Assembly (NCBI GenBank): GCA_963834265.1
Contig: CAWIAU010000001.1
Coordinates: 588,346 to 652,345, forward strand
Length of the DNA: 64,000 nucleotides
Direction: 5' to 3'
Source: an uncultured bacterium
Lineage (GTDB): Bacteria; Patescibacteriota; Saccharimonadia; Saccharimonadales; 2-12-FULL-41-12
Made by a program: the position numbers and the translations under genes. The notes under the pieces were generated by a model, which saw only the letters and a list, made by a program, of their open reading frames with translations, made no database searches and was not told where the DNA came from. How positions within the stretch are numbered: position 1 is the stretch's first letter; each line of letters starts with the position of its first letter. Positions 1 to 10,900 of the stretch are shown in pieces.

Positions 1-398
1 AGAAATATGACGATGACGTGTACGAAGTCGTCCTGCCGACGCTGGACGGCGAAATTGGAGTGCTGGAACAGCACATGCCATTGGTCAGCGTAGCTACCAC
101 CGGTACTATTGCCGTTCGTAAACATCCGAATGATCCCGATACGGCGCGTGAGTATTTTGCCAGTAGTAGTGGCGTAATCGAAATCGACGATAATGTCATG
201 CGTGTACTGGTGGATGAAGCTGACCATGCCGACGAGCTGAATGAAGCCGAAATTCAGAAAGCTCTCGAACGGGCGCTCAAAATGAAAGACGAGGCCAAAG
301 ACCAGATGAGTCTGGAACACGCTCAAAGCCTCGTAGACCGTCAAGGAGTCCGCCTGCAAGTCGCCGGCCTCAAAAAGCACTCAAAACGCAGGTATTAA
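1..398 (+). CDS. atpC: F0F1 ATP synthase epsilon subunit, 5' end cut by window edge
   Basis: The frame stays open upstream of the listed GTG, back to base 3. The N-terminal segment VLPTLDGEIGVLEQHMPLVS and the helical Glu/Lys-rich C-terminus are typical of AtpC. Confidence 0.85.
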   Translation, partial: KYDDDVYEVVLPTLDGEIGVLEQHMPLVSVATTGTIAVRKHPNDPDTAREYFASSSGVIEIDDNVMRVLVDEADHADELNEAEIQKALERALKMKDEAKDQMSLEHAQSLVDRQGVRLQVAGLKKHSKRRY

Positions 399-471
399 TC
401 GTGCGCTAGTATAGCTGGTTGCATAAAATAAAGATTTTCCGGAAGTTTAAAGACCTTGACAGATCTCACTA

Positions 472-500
472 TTGACATAAGCACATGATAAGAGTATAAT
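472..500 (+). promoter_or_regulatory. Sigma-70-type promoter, TTGACA-17 nt-TATAAT
   Basis: TTGACA at 472-477 and TATAAT at 495-500 with exactly 17 nt between them, 34 nt upstream of the ATG at 535. Confidence 0.6.
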
Positions 501-534
501 AGTTAAGGTTAATTTTAATAAAAAGCGACTATAT

Positions 535-1503
535 ATGCAAATACCTGAATATGGCCCTTTATTTCCCGGAGTTCACTCACCATCGCCGGAAATTTTAGCC
601 GTTACAGATCTCGGAGCTGGTAATATAGGTGCAATTAGTGCTGCTGGTTTGGTGGGACAAGAAAGAGAACAGCTAATTCAGGATGTCGGGAAAGCTAAAT
701 ATCACTTACCTCCCACAAATCGCTTTCGGTGCGTTGATGGACGAACAGTTGAAGGTGGATTGATTACTTTGCCCGGACATGCTGATCCTCAGCTAGCTGC
801 AGGATTGGGAATGAGCGAGACAGCAAGCGGAATGCTTGTGGTTGAAAAACAGGTAAAACCGATCAGTGAACTACTTGCAGCGAACACAAGGCTGGCAATA
901 ATTAATGGCGTGATTGTAGTGGTTCATGGTGATGATGTTCACGGCTTGGAGGGCTGCGGAGGAAATGCAAAAATGCACGATGCAATCGGACTTGCTGCTG
1001 AAGTAGGCAATCATGACATTCTGGCCGATAAAGCATGGACATTGGCACGCGGGTTAAAGTTATATCGACTCGGAGTCGTAAAAGACGACATTCACGAGCA
1101 ACTTCGAAATGCTGATCGCAATGCGAACGATGACAGCCTGTGGGATACAACAGCATCAGAAAATATAGAAATTTCTTTAACTGCCGGAGCGGAGTATGAG
1201 GAAGTTATTGACGAACATAGTGAAGTAGTGGTAGTACCCGGTGTCTCGGAAACGGCCTTTGATGAAGAAAGTTTTATGCGTGATCATCCGGGACCGGATG
1301 GTACGAGCCGTGAAGCTTTTGTTGCCTCACTCGGTGCCTATACCCGCTGGAAATTAGAAGTGGCACGTAATCAGAGACTTAACATGCGCCAGACGGCTTT
1401 AGGTATTATGGGAGTTGTTATTTATAATCTTGCCGTACCAAAAGTATTAACAGCTGAAGAGCAAGGCAACGGAGAAGCTCTTCCGGTTGTAGTTATCGGT
1501 TAG
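535..1503 (+). CDS. Hypothetical protein, paralog A of a C-x-D-G-R / H / G-C-G signature pair
   Basis: 322-aa ORF behind a consensus promoter. Motifs RFRCVDGR and VIVVVHGDDVHGLEGCGG are shared with the next gene. I recognise no family. Confidence 0.6.
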   Translation: MQIPEYGPLFPGVHSPSPEILAVTDLGAGNIGAISAAGLVGQEREQLIQDVGKAKYHLPPTNRFRCVDGRTVEGGLITLPGHADPQLAAGLGMSETASGMLVVEKQVKPISELLAANTRLAIINGVIVVVHGDDVHGLEGCGGNAKMHDAIGLAAEVGNHDILADKAWTLARGLKLYRLGVVKDDIHEQLRNADRNANDDSLWDTTASENIEISLTAGAEYEEVIDEHSEVVVVPGVSETAFDEESFMRDHPGPDGTSREAFVASLGAYTRWKLEVARNQRLNMRQTALGIMGVVIYNLAVPKVLTAEEQGNGEALPVVVIG

Positions 1504-1572
1504 TATCCTCGATAAACAGACTCCGCCGGATTTAAATAAGCCGCTTAAAAGTGGTATCATATAATTTGTCTT

Positions 1573-2610
1573 ATGAAAATTACTGTACTTGATTTACCGA
1601 TTGCTTCTCTGCTGACCAGTAAGGTTGTTTTTGAATACCCTATAGAAAAAATCTGGAATCCGAATGGCATCTCGCTGCAGAAGCGTATAAACACTACTCC
1701 TGAATTATTACAAAAGATTGATAAAGTATTAGATCCGGAAAATTTCAAAAAATATATCGTGCCGGTTGATCCAACGGCGCCCACACGTTGTATTGACGGC
1801 CGGGGAACTCTGGGCTGGGAAAAATTTGACGCTGATAAAAAGAAATCTCTCGGACCAAAAGTGCCTGGCGGTACTGCGCACGCAGCGCTAACACACCGTG
1901 TCGTGAATGTCAGTAATATGCGCAAAGATCTGCGTTTTGAGAAGGATATCGCAGAAGTTGTCAAAAGGTACAAGGAAGTTGGTGTAGGATTCGGGGGGCA
2001 TGTGGATACGCATCAGCATGGCTGGAATACAGGTTGCGGAGCTGTAGATAATATTAACCTGATACTTGAGAGAATGCAGCGCCCTGAGCCACAGGAACAG
2101 ATCAGACTATTAACCAGACTGATTATGGGACGCTCTTATGAAGGCTTGCATGTAATGAGTGAAGTTATCGGACGAATGTTGTATCTCGATGCCCTGAAGC
2201 CGTCCTATATGCCAAAAGAAGGTGGCGTAATCGGGGGTCAGTTTTTGTATAAAAAAACAGTCGTCGAAGTACTAAGGGGCGAGGCCGCCAGCAACGCCGA
2301 AACGGTTCCACAGCTGGCTGGTAACCACGGTGAAGTAGCAATTGTGCTCAATTCAGTCAGCGGTACAACAATCGATACAGATCAGCTTTATTATGATCAT
2401 GACGGCGAGTTGCAGGTATTTGGCTGGGATTTATGGGAAATGTACGAAGAAGCCGTACGACTTTATCCTTATTCGATGTATATTCCGTACCCGGAACAGA
2501 AAGATGCTGTTATTAAACGTATGAAGCATCTTACATCCCGTATTTTACTGGGCATTGCCACTGCCATGGTGCTGACTGACGGTTCGCTTAAACTGGTAAC
2601 TATTAAATAA
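1573..2610 (+). CDS. Hypothetical protein, paralog B of the same pair
   Basis: 345-aa ORF with motifs PTRCIDGR and GGHVDTHQHGWNTGCGA. TATAAT at 1560-1565 lies 7 nt before the ATG. Confidence 0.65.
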   Translation: MKITVLDLPIASLLTSKVVFEYPIEKIWNPNGISLQKRINTTPELLQKIDKVLDPENFKKYIVPVDPTAPTRCIDGRGTLGWEKFDADKKKSLGPKVPGGTAHAALTHRVVNVSNMRKDLRFEKDIAEVVKRYKEVGVGFGGHVDTHQHGWNTGCGAVDNINLILERMQRPEPQEQIRLLTRLIMGRSYEGLHVMSEVIGRMLYLDALKPSYMPKEGGVIGGQFLYKKTVVEVLRGEAASNAETVPQLAGNHGEVAIVLNSVSGTTIDTDQLYYDHDGELQVFGWDLWEMYEEAVRLYPYSMYIPYPEQKDAVIKRMKHLTSRILLGIATAMVLTDGSLKLVTIK

Positions 2611-5600
2611 CTCCGGCCATTAAATCTTCTTCGAATTTAAGGATACCTAGTATGTCCTTTGAATACCCGGCCGTGTCGGGTAAGTCCAGACTTATAATTC
2701 TGCCCCAGACGGTCCGAATAAGTGATTTCAACCGGTCCATTTCTTCAGTGCCATAATCAAGTGAAAGACTGAGTAACTTTTCGCTGTCCCCTTTTTCCAG
2801 AAAAACAAGTTTACCCTGCACGGGCGCAATTTTCCCCCCATATTCTCTGGATCCATCAACAAGCAGCTTATAGAACAATAATTGCTGTCTGTAACGGTGC
2901 AGTTTAAGTGCCTCATATGTATTTGATCCGGCTTTTGGCCATGAACCTGACGCTTTGCCGGTTTTGTAATCGGTAATTGCGACGGTTTTTGCCTCTTTAT
3001 CGATATCAAGCAAATCGATTTTTCCTTTAAGTCGTATATCACCCAGCATAACATCTTCATAGGCAAAGTCTTTTTCTGCCGCCTGCCCCGATTGGAAAAT
3101 ATGAGAGTCGTTTCTATACAAGTGCTTAATTGCCTGTTCTCCCCGACCTGTCTGTTTGGGCGTTTCTATGTCTCCCAGATGGTAACCAGCCAGATCTGCA
3201 GTAAAATAATCATTTGTTTCTGCAAATGCCGGTAGTTTGCCGTGCTTGCTATAGTGATTGTGCAGATACTCCATCGTATGGTGCATGGCGTTTCCGAAAG
3301 ACGCATTCGGTCCGAGTGCATGCGGAAATCGCAGCAATTGATTCAGCAGGAATGTCCGGGGACCGCCACGGGATACATCGAGGAAAGCATTCAGGTGAGT
3401 CGGACTTAACCGATAAGATTGCATAGATTCGCCCAGCGTTTCGCGCCATGATGCTTGTAACGAAGAGTTAATATGGTGGTCATACCACTCGAACTGCAAT
3501 GTTCGCAGTACGGCTTCGGGTGTTTTTATATGACTTTTTTCCGCCAACAGCAATTTTTTCGCCTGCTCATCAGCAAGCCAGCCAAGCGGTAATGCGGGCT
3601 TACCATCATCGCCTGTCTGATAAGTCGCTAATATTAATTCATCACCGGCCCTGGTAAGCGCAACATAGAACAATCGCAGACGTTCGTCATCATTGCTGCC
3701 TTTCGGCACTGCTGCAATGTGCGGCGGTAAATTAATCAGATTGGGTCGCGTGCGATTATTTGCCCAGCCACTTTGCACGGCTTTGAGTAAATAAACAGTA
3801 TTGAATTCCAGGCCTTTAGCTTTATGAGCAGTCATTAGCTGCACGGCAGCCTCGCCTGTTGTAACCGGATGATCATTGACGATGCGGAGTCCTGCGGATT
3901 TTGATAGCGTTACATAATCAGTAAAATCTTTGAGCAGCAGTGTCCGTGTGCCTGCATATTCCCGGATGTGCCTTCGCAGGGCCACAAGCCCTGTGAGCAG
4001 ATACAGATATGCACCCGAATTTTTGCTGTCATTAAAGTAGTATCGTCTATAAGGGGAGTCAAAAGATGACTTTGGCTGCTCTTCGCTCCCTATAAGATAA
4101 TCCAGCATTGATTCCAGCGGTGTATGGCGGGCCATTACCGACTGCTCAATAAGCCAGACGGCAATAGCCTGAAGTTTCTTATTGCTGCCGGATTGAATAA
4201 CTTCCAGCCAACTGGTTCGGTTTTTATGAGCTTCCAGGCTGATCTGCCATAGTTCCTGTGGATCAATTCCCCACCAGGGCAGACTTAATAGTTCAGGCAG
4301 CTGCGCATTCACTCTGTACATATCCTGGCTCATAAGCCGCTCTATGATTTCACCCAGCAGGCAAAGCTCGCGGATATGTTTCTCTTCCAATACATCCTGC
4401 CTTCGTTCGTAACGAGTAGCTATCTGTAGCGCATCGAGATGAGGCACCAAAGCTTCAAGATGCGCATGACGTGGCCCGAGAACTGCGATTGTTGCGGGAT
4501 CCTGGCCATTCACAATGCGTTGCTTTATCTCTCGTGCAACTTCTGAGAGACTACCGGATTCAGTGGCTGCCTGAACTAAGCGAACATCCGGACCGGCTTC
4601 GTTGTCAGTATGAAGTTCTTTATTTATGGATTCATAATTTGTTTCGAGTCTGTCGGCTCCCTGTACTATAACGGATCGTGAAAATGCCACAATTTCGGGA
4701 GTGGACCGATAATTTTGTGTAAGTATTACGGTCTCTGTTTCCCGCCAGCGATTCAAAAAATCCAAAACATTTGAAATATAAGCTCCCTGAAAGCCATAGA
4801 TTGCCTGATCATCGTCCCCTACCACCATTAAATTCGGTTTGCCTTCATGTACCGGATTGTCAGCTATTATGTCCAGAATCTGCTGTTGCACGCCACTGGT
4901 GTCCTGGTATTCGTCAACCATTATGTACAAAAATTGCTCCTGAAGATCTGCCAGCAGGTCTTTGCTGGTGCGAAGTACATGCAACGTGGTCATCAACAGG
5001 TCGTCATAGTCAACAAATCCGGATTTATTCATTGCGTCCTGATATTGCTCATATACTTCTGCGAGAGCCAATAGCTTCTCATAATCTTTTGTGCTTCGCG
5101 CAATAAATACACCTTCACCTGATTTAGTAAGCCAGCTATTTTTCCACGCGGTAATTGGTTTGGTAGATAGTTTTCCGTCTTCGATTGCATGGCTGAGCGC
5201 TTCACTAAGCTCCAGCCGGCAACGCACACCAAGTTCGCTTTTGGGTGTGACAGGCAATGATTCCAGCAATGATTCGAATAAAGAAATGCTTTTGGCATTG
5301 ATTGTTTTGAGTTCAGTCAAATGTGAACCTAATGCATGATTGCATTCCCTGATCCACTCATTATCAAGTTTGCAAATCTCACGTAAACGCTCCGGCTTTA
5401 TTCCCGCCTGCTTGAGCTGACTGATACGACTCATGGAGTCTTTCAAATATACGTAATCGCCGTCATTTGTACTCGCCAGGGGGCTTTTGTGTGCCAGACG
5501 CTCAAAAACAGAACTGTATATCTGATACCGCATGACATCATCAACCTGAACATAATCAAAAAAATGTCTGAAATATTCGGGATAGGTACGCATGGCCCAC

Positions 5601-5887
5601 GCCCCGAAGCCATGGAATGTATGGATATGCATTTTATAGGCATCTTCACCGGTCAGTTCAACAATGCGTTCCTGCATTACACGCTGGCCGGATTCCGTAA
5701 AGGTAAGACAAAGTATATTGGCCGGCATTGCATCTGTTTCGCGCAGAATGTTTACTGCTCTTGTAGTAAGCAGCGTTGTTTTGCCTGTTCCGGGTCCGGC
5801 CAATACGAGCAGAGGGCCGTCGAGATGGTCAACTGCCTGCTTTTGCGCAGCGTTTAGCTGTTTATACTCATTCTCAAAATCTGCCAT
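2603..5887 (-). CDS. UvrD/PcrA-family SF1 helicase fused to a C-terminal PD-(D/E)XK (RecB-type) nuclease domain
   Basis: Walker A AGPGTGKTT, plus DEYQDT and QNYRST helicase motifs. The C-terminus carries GKIDLLDI...ITDYKTGK, typical of AddA/AddB/RecB nuclease domains. Confidence 0.85.
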   Translation of the reverse strand: MADFENEYKQLNAAQKQAVDHLDGPLLVLAGPGTGKTTLLTTRAVNILRETDAMPANILCLTFTESGQRVMQERIVELTGEDAYKMHIHTFHGFGAWAMRTYPEYFRHFFDYVQVDDVMRYQIYSSVFERLAHKSPLASTNDGDYVYLKDSMSRISQLKQAGIKPERLREICKLDNEWIRECNHALGSHLTELKTINAKSISLFESLLESLPVTPKSELGVRCRLELSEALSHAIEDGKLSTKPITAWKNSWLTKSGEGVFIARSTKDYEKLLALAEVYEQYQDAMNKSGFVDYDDLLMTTLHVLRTSKDLLADLQEQFLYIMVDEYQDTSGVQQQILDIIADNPVHEGKPNLMVVGDDDQAIYGFQGAYISNVLDFLNRWRETETVILTQNYRSTPEIVAFSRSVIVQGADRLETNYESINKELHTDNEAGPDVRLVQAATESGSLSEVAREIKQRIVNGQDPATIAVLGPRHAHLEALVPHLDALQIATRYERRQDVLEEKHIRELCLLGEIIERLMSQDMYRVNAQLPELLSLPWWGIDPQELWQISLEAHKNRTSWLEVIQSGSNKKLQAIAVWLIEQSVMARHTPLESMLDYLIGSEEQPKSSFDSPYRRYYFNDSKNSGAYLYLLTGLVALRRHIREYAGTRTLLLKDFTDYVTLSKSAGLRIVNDHPVTTGEAAVQLMTAHKAKGLEFNTVYLLKAVQSGWANNRTRPNLINLPPHIAAVPKGSNDDERLRLFYVALTRAGDELILATYQTGDDGKPALPLGWLADEQAKKLLLAEKSHIKTPEAVLRTLQFEWYDHHINSSLQASWRETLGESMQSYRLSPTHLNAFLDVSRGGPRTFLLNQLLRFPHALGPNASFGNAMHHTMEYLHNHYSKHGKLPAFAETNDYFTADLAGYHLGDIETPKQTGRGEQAIKHLYRNDSHIFQSGQAAEKDFAYEDVMLGDIRLKGKIDLLDIDKEAKTVAITDYKTGKASGSWPKAGSNTYEALKLHRYRQQLLFYKLLVDGSREYGGKIAPVQGKLVFLEKGDSEKLLSLSLDYGTEEMDRLKSLIRTVWGRIISLDLPDTAGYSKDILGILKFEEDLMAGVI

Positions 5888-5924
5888 ATATTATCTTTAT
5901 ATTGTATAGCAAACCTTTCAACCA

Positions 5925-7265
5925 TCAGATTCTGGGTTGAAGATTCCTGATAACTGTTTTGACTTCTTTGAGCTTATTAATTAGTTTATTTTTAAAATTG
6001 GGGTTATTTCTGTCCTGTTGCCAGTGGGATGCTTCCTCAAGATACGAAACAGCCAGATCTACGAATACACCATTCGTCCAGCCAAAGCCCAGCTGAGGAG
6101 GATAAAGACCAGGCTCAGGAGTTCTGTCAATATTAGTAACATTGTAAGCTTCGCGGAATACGCCATGCTCGAGGAAGTACGCCATGTTTGTTTCCAGCCA
6201 CTTGCGGGCTATTTCACCCGCTTGCTCATGATAACCATAGCGTTCCAGTCCCCGGACCACCAGCCAATGCAGTGGTGCCCACCCGTTCGGGTAGGACCAC
6301 TGGTGATTTGGAGTTCCCTCAACCGGTATTTCGGTTGGTTTAGTAGTGGTAGATAATCCTCCGACTTGCATAAATTTATCCAGATTATGAACCAGTCTTG
6401 CAGCTTGCTCTTCTGATGCCATGCCGGTCCACAGCGGATAAAAACCGGCTAATGACCATATTTCACCCTGCTTCTCCTTATGAAAATTATAATCAAAATA
6501 AAAACCTTTTTCTTCGTTCCATAGATAATTATTAACAGTTTCTTTGCGCTCGGTTGCCTTGCGTTCCCATCTTTCGGAACTCGACATATCGCCCAGCAAT
6601 GATGAGGCGCGTGCAAAATCAGACTCGTACTTATAAAGCAAAGAATTCAGATCAATAGGTATATAAGATAAGCAGGCGTCGGAAAACCGTGTAGTTGTGT
6701 CCCATCCGGCTTCTGCCTCAGCTAACCCATCGATAACGTTTATATCATAGTAGCGGCTCAATCCATGGAACACATTTCTCCAGTTGGGCTGTTTGTCCGC
6801 CATCCAAACCGTGTTGTATTCATACTCCGCTGTAGCTATGCTTTGCTGTAGCCATACCAGATCTTTTTTGTACTCATAGATATCCATAATATAACTGGTA
6901 AGAATCGGAGGTTGCGACCGGCTGGTATAATACAATCGGCTGCCATTGGGTATAATATCGAACTTTCGACCCATGTACATAAGGTTCTCGAGCATGCCGG
7001 AAGCTAGTTTTTTGTGTTTGCCACGCAGTAATCCCTGAGCTATAAGATAACTGTCCCAGTAGTACATTTCATCAAATGTGAAACCGGAGCTGGCGCGGGC
7101 ACTGGGTACAATATACGGATATGGCAGACCAATGAGAGTTCCCTTGTTTTCCGGCTCAAAACGGCGAAGCTCGCGCCATTTGTGCTCAATATAATCCAAA
7201 GCACTCCGAACATTAGCTTTGTCGAAAACCTCGGTTGACACAGGTTGTTTGTGCTTATCAGACAT
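5925..7265 (-). CDS. Trehalase, glycoside hydrolase family 37
   Basis: GH37 signature-like blocks FTFDEMYYWDSY, RSQPP and QWSYPNGWAPLH. I prefer the start at ATG 7265 (MSDKHK) because a TTGCGG-17-TATAGT promoter sits 6 nt upstream. The ORF itself is open to 7400. Confidence 0.85.
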   Translation of the reverse strand: MSDKHKQPVSTEVFDKANVRSALDYIEHKWRELRRFEPENKGTLIGLPYPYIVPSARASSGFTFDEMYYWDSYLIAQGLLRGKHKKLASGMLENLMYMGRKFDIIPNGSRLYYTSRSQPPILTSYIMDIYEYKKDLVWLQQSIATAEYEYNTVWMADKQPNWRNVFHGLSRYYDINVIDGLAEAEAGWDTTTRFSDACLSYIPIDLNSLLYKYESDFARASSLLGDMSSSERWERKATERKETVNNYLWNEEKGFYFDYNFHKEKQGEIWSLAGFYPLWTGMASEEQAARLVHNLDKFMQVGGLSTTTKPTEIPVEGTPNHQWSYPNGWAPLHWLVVRGLERYGYHEQAGEIARKWLETNMAYFLEHGVFREAYNVTNIDRTPEPGLYPPQLGFGWTNGVFVDLAVSYLEEASHWQQDRNNPNFKNKLINKLKEVKTVIRNLQPRI

Positions 7266-7271
7266 CCTAAC

Positions 7272-7300
7272 ACTATAAAGATTAATAAGGGTAACCGCAA
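7272..7300 (-). promoter_or_regulatory. Promoter for trehalase (TTGCGG-17-TATAGT), leaderless-type spacing
   Basis: On the minus strand, the -35 lies at 7295-7300 and the -10 at 7272-7277. Only 6 nt separate the -10 from ATG 7265. Confidence 0.45.
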
Positions 7301-7398
7301 CTGGCAAAATAAGCATTATTATGCTATCGCTTGCTAGTAAACTTAGTTTGTGATATTTTTGAGTTTGAGACAGAAAAAAGGGCCTAAGGAGTTTTAGC

Positions 7399-7911
7399 AT
7401 GGGAATTCAGACTAGCAGTCCAGCAGAGCAATTGGGGGGGCGTTTGTCCGAAGATATTAAGCAAACTGCTTTAATATTAGAGGCCCAAGGCATTGAAGTT
7501 GGTAACGGAACCTCGGCAAGTTACCCAGAAGATAGTCCGGAGTTTGAAAAATTAGTTCATAGTAGTGTGGATATTACGAGACGTTGGTACGGAGCGGTAC
7601 TTCGAGCTACTGTGCTAAACGTCACAGGAAGTATAACAGAAGTTAAAACCGACTCCCCAAATACCCATAAAGTTACTAAACTGCCGCGAATTGTCGGAAC
7701 AATACAAGAAATTAATGCCGATGAAGGCAGTATTGAAGTGTCAGTAGGACAAAGCGAATATCTTTTTCATCTACATGTGGCTGGCCTTGTCGGTATAGCC
7801 GTCGGACAAGATAATAGAGGTTCGGACGGCCTGAAACTTGAAGTGCTTCGCTTTAAACATAGACGGCCCATTTCACACATTATGCAAGAACCTTGGGCGC
7901 CCATAGCTTAG
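7399..7911 (+). CDS. Hypothetical protein (170 aa)
   Basis: AAGGAG lies 7 nt upstream of the ATG. I recognise no motif. Confidence 0.55.
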   Translation: MGIQTSSPAEQLGGRLSEDIKQTALILEAQGIEVGNGTSASYPEDSPEFEKLVHSSVDITRRWYGAVLRATVLNVTGSITEVKTDSPNTHKVTKLPRIVGTIQEINADEGSIEVSVGQSEYLFHLHVAGLVGIAVGQDNRGSDGLKLEVLRFKHRRPISHIMQEPWAPIA

Positions 7912-10900
7912 CCCAGCCATTCCCTTGCGTTTTGAAAGATTTTGAACCACGGGCTTTCTTCGCCCCAATCATTTGGGTGCCAGGAAAGCTGTTTGGACAG
8001 GAAAGCCCGCTCAGGATGAGGCATCAGAATGGTGGCTCGTCCATCGCGGGTAGTCAATGCGGTAATACCCTTCCCGGAGCCATTTGGATTAAGGGGATAC
8101 TCTTCAGTAACTTTACCGTAGTTATTGACATACTGCAGAGGCACTAATTTATCATTCAGCACTCTGTCTGACGAAAAGTTAGCATCAAATACTGCCTGTC
8201 CTTCGCCATGCGCGACCGGAATCGGTAAAACTGAACCAGCCATATCTTTGAAAAATATTGACGGACTGTCGCTGATCTTGACGCTAACCAGACGGGCTTC
8301 ATAACGCCCTGAAATGTTTTGCAAAAATTCAGGCCAGTGATCAGTGCCCGGGATAAGCTCTTTTAGGGCTGAGAGCATCTGACAACCATTACAGACGCCT
8401 AGTGACAATGTATCAGGGCGTTCAAAAAATTGTCGGAATTCCTGTCGCAATTTTGTATTAAACAAAATAGACTTAGCCCAGCCTTCACCTGCTCCCAGAA
8501 CGTCTCCATAGCTAAAGCCACCGCAAGCTGCCAGAAGTGAGAAGCCATCCAAAGAATGTTTGCCCGAGATCAGATCTGACATATGAACATCAATTGCAAC
8601 GAATCCGGCTTTTTCAAACGCTGCGGCCATCTCAACCTGTCCGTTGATTCCCTGCTCACGCAAGATAGCCGCTTTTGGGCGGGTTTTGTAGGTATTCTCA
8701 GATAATTTAAATGAAACGTGAGTAGAAAGTCCCGGGTCTCCATTATCACGGATTGCTTCAAATTCCTGCCTGGCAGATGCCGGGTTGTCCCGTAATTTCT
8801 GAACATGATAACTCGTTTCGGCCCACCACGATTCCAGCTTAGCGCGAGAAGAGCGATATATTTCTTTATCATTACTTCGGATAATAACATCTTGTTTTTT
8901 TGTCGGTCGCCCTATTGCGTGAACATGATTTCCCAGTGCGGCGGTGATTTTTTCTAAAACAAATGCTTCGTCAGCCATCGCTACCTGGATAACAGCTCCA
9001 AGCTCCTCGCTAAACAATTTTTCTATTTCTGATCCCGAAGTATTGATGTTAATGTCCAGACCACAACGACCCGCAAATGCCATCTCGACAAGCGTGGTAA
9101 ATAATCCGCCATCCGAACGATCGTGGTAAGCCAGTATTTTATCAGCTTTACTTAATGCCTGAATAATTTCAAAAAATTGTCGGAGCGAATCAGGATCAAT
9201 ATCAGGAGAGTCATTTCCGGTTTGATTGTATGCCTGTGCAAATGACGAACCGCCTAAACGATTCTTTCCCAGCCCCAGATCAACATATATCAGACTGCTT
9301 ATTTCTTTTTTGAGCTCCGGCGTCAATACTTTTGAGGTGTCGGTTACAGGACTAAATGCGCTGACAATGAGTGATAATGGCGATGAGACTGACTTCGCTT
9401 TGCCATCTTCTTCCCAGGTGGCCCGCATACTGAGTGAATCTTTACCGACAGGTACACAAATTCCGAGTTCGGGACAGAAATCCTCACCAAGAGCCTTGAC
9501 ACTTTCGAATAGCTTTTCATCCTCGGAACCATATCCTGCTGCGGCCATCCAATTGGCTGAAAGTTTGATATCAGATAATCCAGCAATCGGTGCCGCAACA
9601 ATATTAGTGAGCGCTTCGCCAACTGCAATGCGAACCGATGCCGGAGCATTTATAAGACCCAAAGGTGTTCGTTCTCCAACCGCCATGGCCTCGCCAGCAT
9701 TTCCCTCATAGGAGGCGGCGGTTACGGCAACATCGCTGACAGGCACCTGCCAAGGTCCTGTCATCTGATCGCGCACACTGAGGCCGCCAACCGTACGATC
9801 ACCGATAGTGATCAGAAATTTTTTGCTGCCAACAGCCGGCATATGCAGCACGCGTTTTACGGCGTCATTCAAGTCTGTTTTGCTGAGACTGATATCTGCG
9901 AATTGCTGTTCGACATGCTTAAATGAGCGAATCATTTTGGGCGGGTTACCAAATATGAGATTGAGAGGAATGTTCACAGGAGTATTTCCGAAAAGCTCAT
10001 CATGAACCACCAGGTTTTGTTCATCAGTAGCGGTGCCGACTACTGCAAACGGACAGCGCTCTTTTTTGCACAGATTTTCAAAACGAAGCAGGTCTTTCCC
10101 ATTAATAGCCAGGACGTAGCGCTCCTGAGCTTCGTTGCACCAGATTTCCAACGGTGTCATACCAGGTTCGGTGCAAGGTACTTTTCGTAGTTCAATCATT
10201 GCTCCTAAATTATTATCATGCACAAGCTCGGGCAAAGCATTTGATAAGCCCCCGGCACCAACATCATGAATAGAAATAATCGGATTATCATCATCGCTCC
10301 GGCAGGCGCTTATGACTTCTTGTGCCCGACGCTGCATTTCGCCGTTGCCACGTTGGACTGATGCAAAGTCCAGCTCGTCTTTGCTTTCTCCGCTCTGCAT
10401 GCTGGAAGCAGCACCCCCGCCGAGGCCGATAAGCATTGCAGGCCCGCCCAGCACAATCAATTTATCGCCGGCAGTTATTTTATTTTTATGAACATATTTA
10501 TCTCTGATATTACCAAGCCCGCCTGCTATCATAAGCGGTTTGTGATATCCCCATCTGCTGCCATCCACATCCTGCTCATAGGTCCGGAAGTAACCACCCA
10601 GGTTTACGCGGCCAAATTCATTCGCAAAAGCCGCTCCCCCCAAAGGCGCTTCAATCATGATTTCCAGTGGTGAGCTGAAAAGCTTCGGCTTACCGTAATT
10701 TGATTCCCATGGCTGGGGTAAAGTTTTCAGATTGAGGTTAGAAACGCTGAAACCTGTAAAACCCATTTTAGATTCTGCTCCCCGACCGGTAGCTCCTTCA
10801 TCACGTATTTCACCGCCTATGCCTGTAGCTGCCCCTGCATAGGGTGAAATAGCAGTCGGATGATTATGTGTTTCCGCTTTAATGACAAGATGTGCTGGTT

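Noticed and set aside
7266-7400. N-terminal membrane-anchor extension of trehalase (starts at 7400 or 7316).
   Set aside because: There is no SD for either start. The start at 7400 overlaps the divergent gene's ATG. A well-spaced promoter sits directly before ATG 7265. This is not fully excluded and is noted in the findings.
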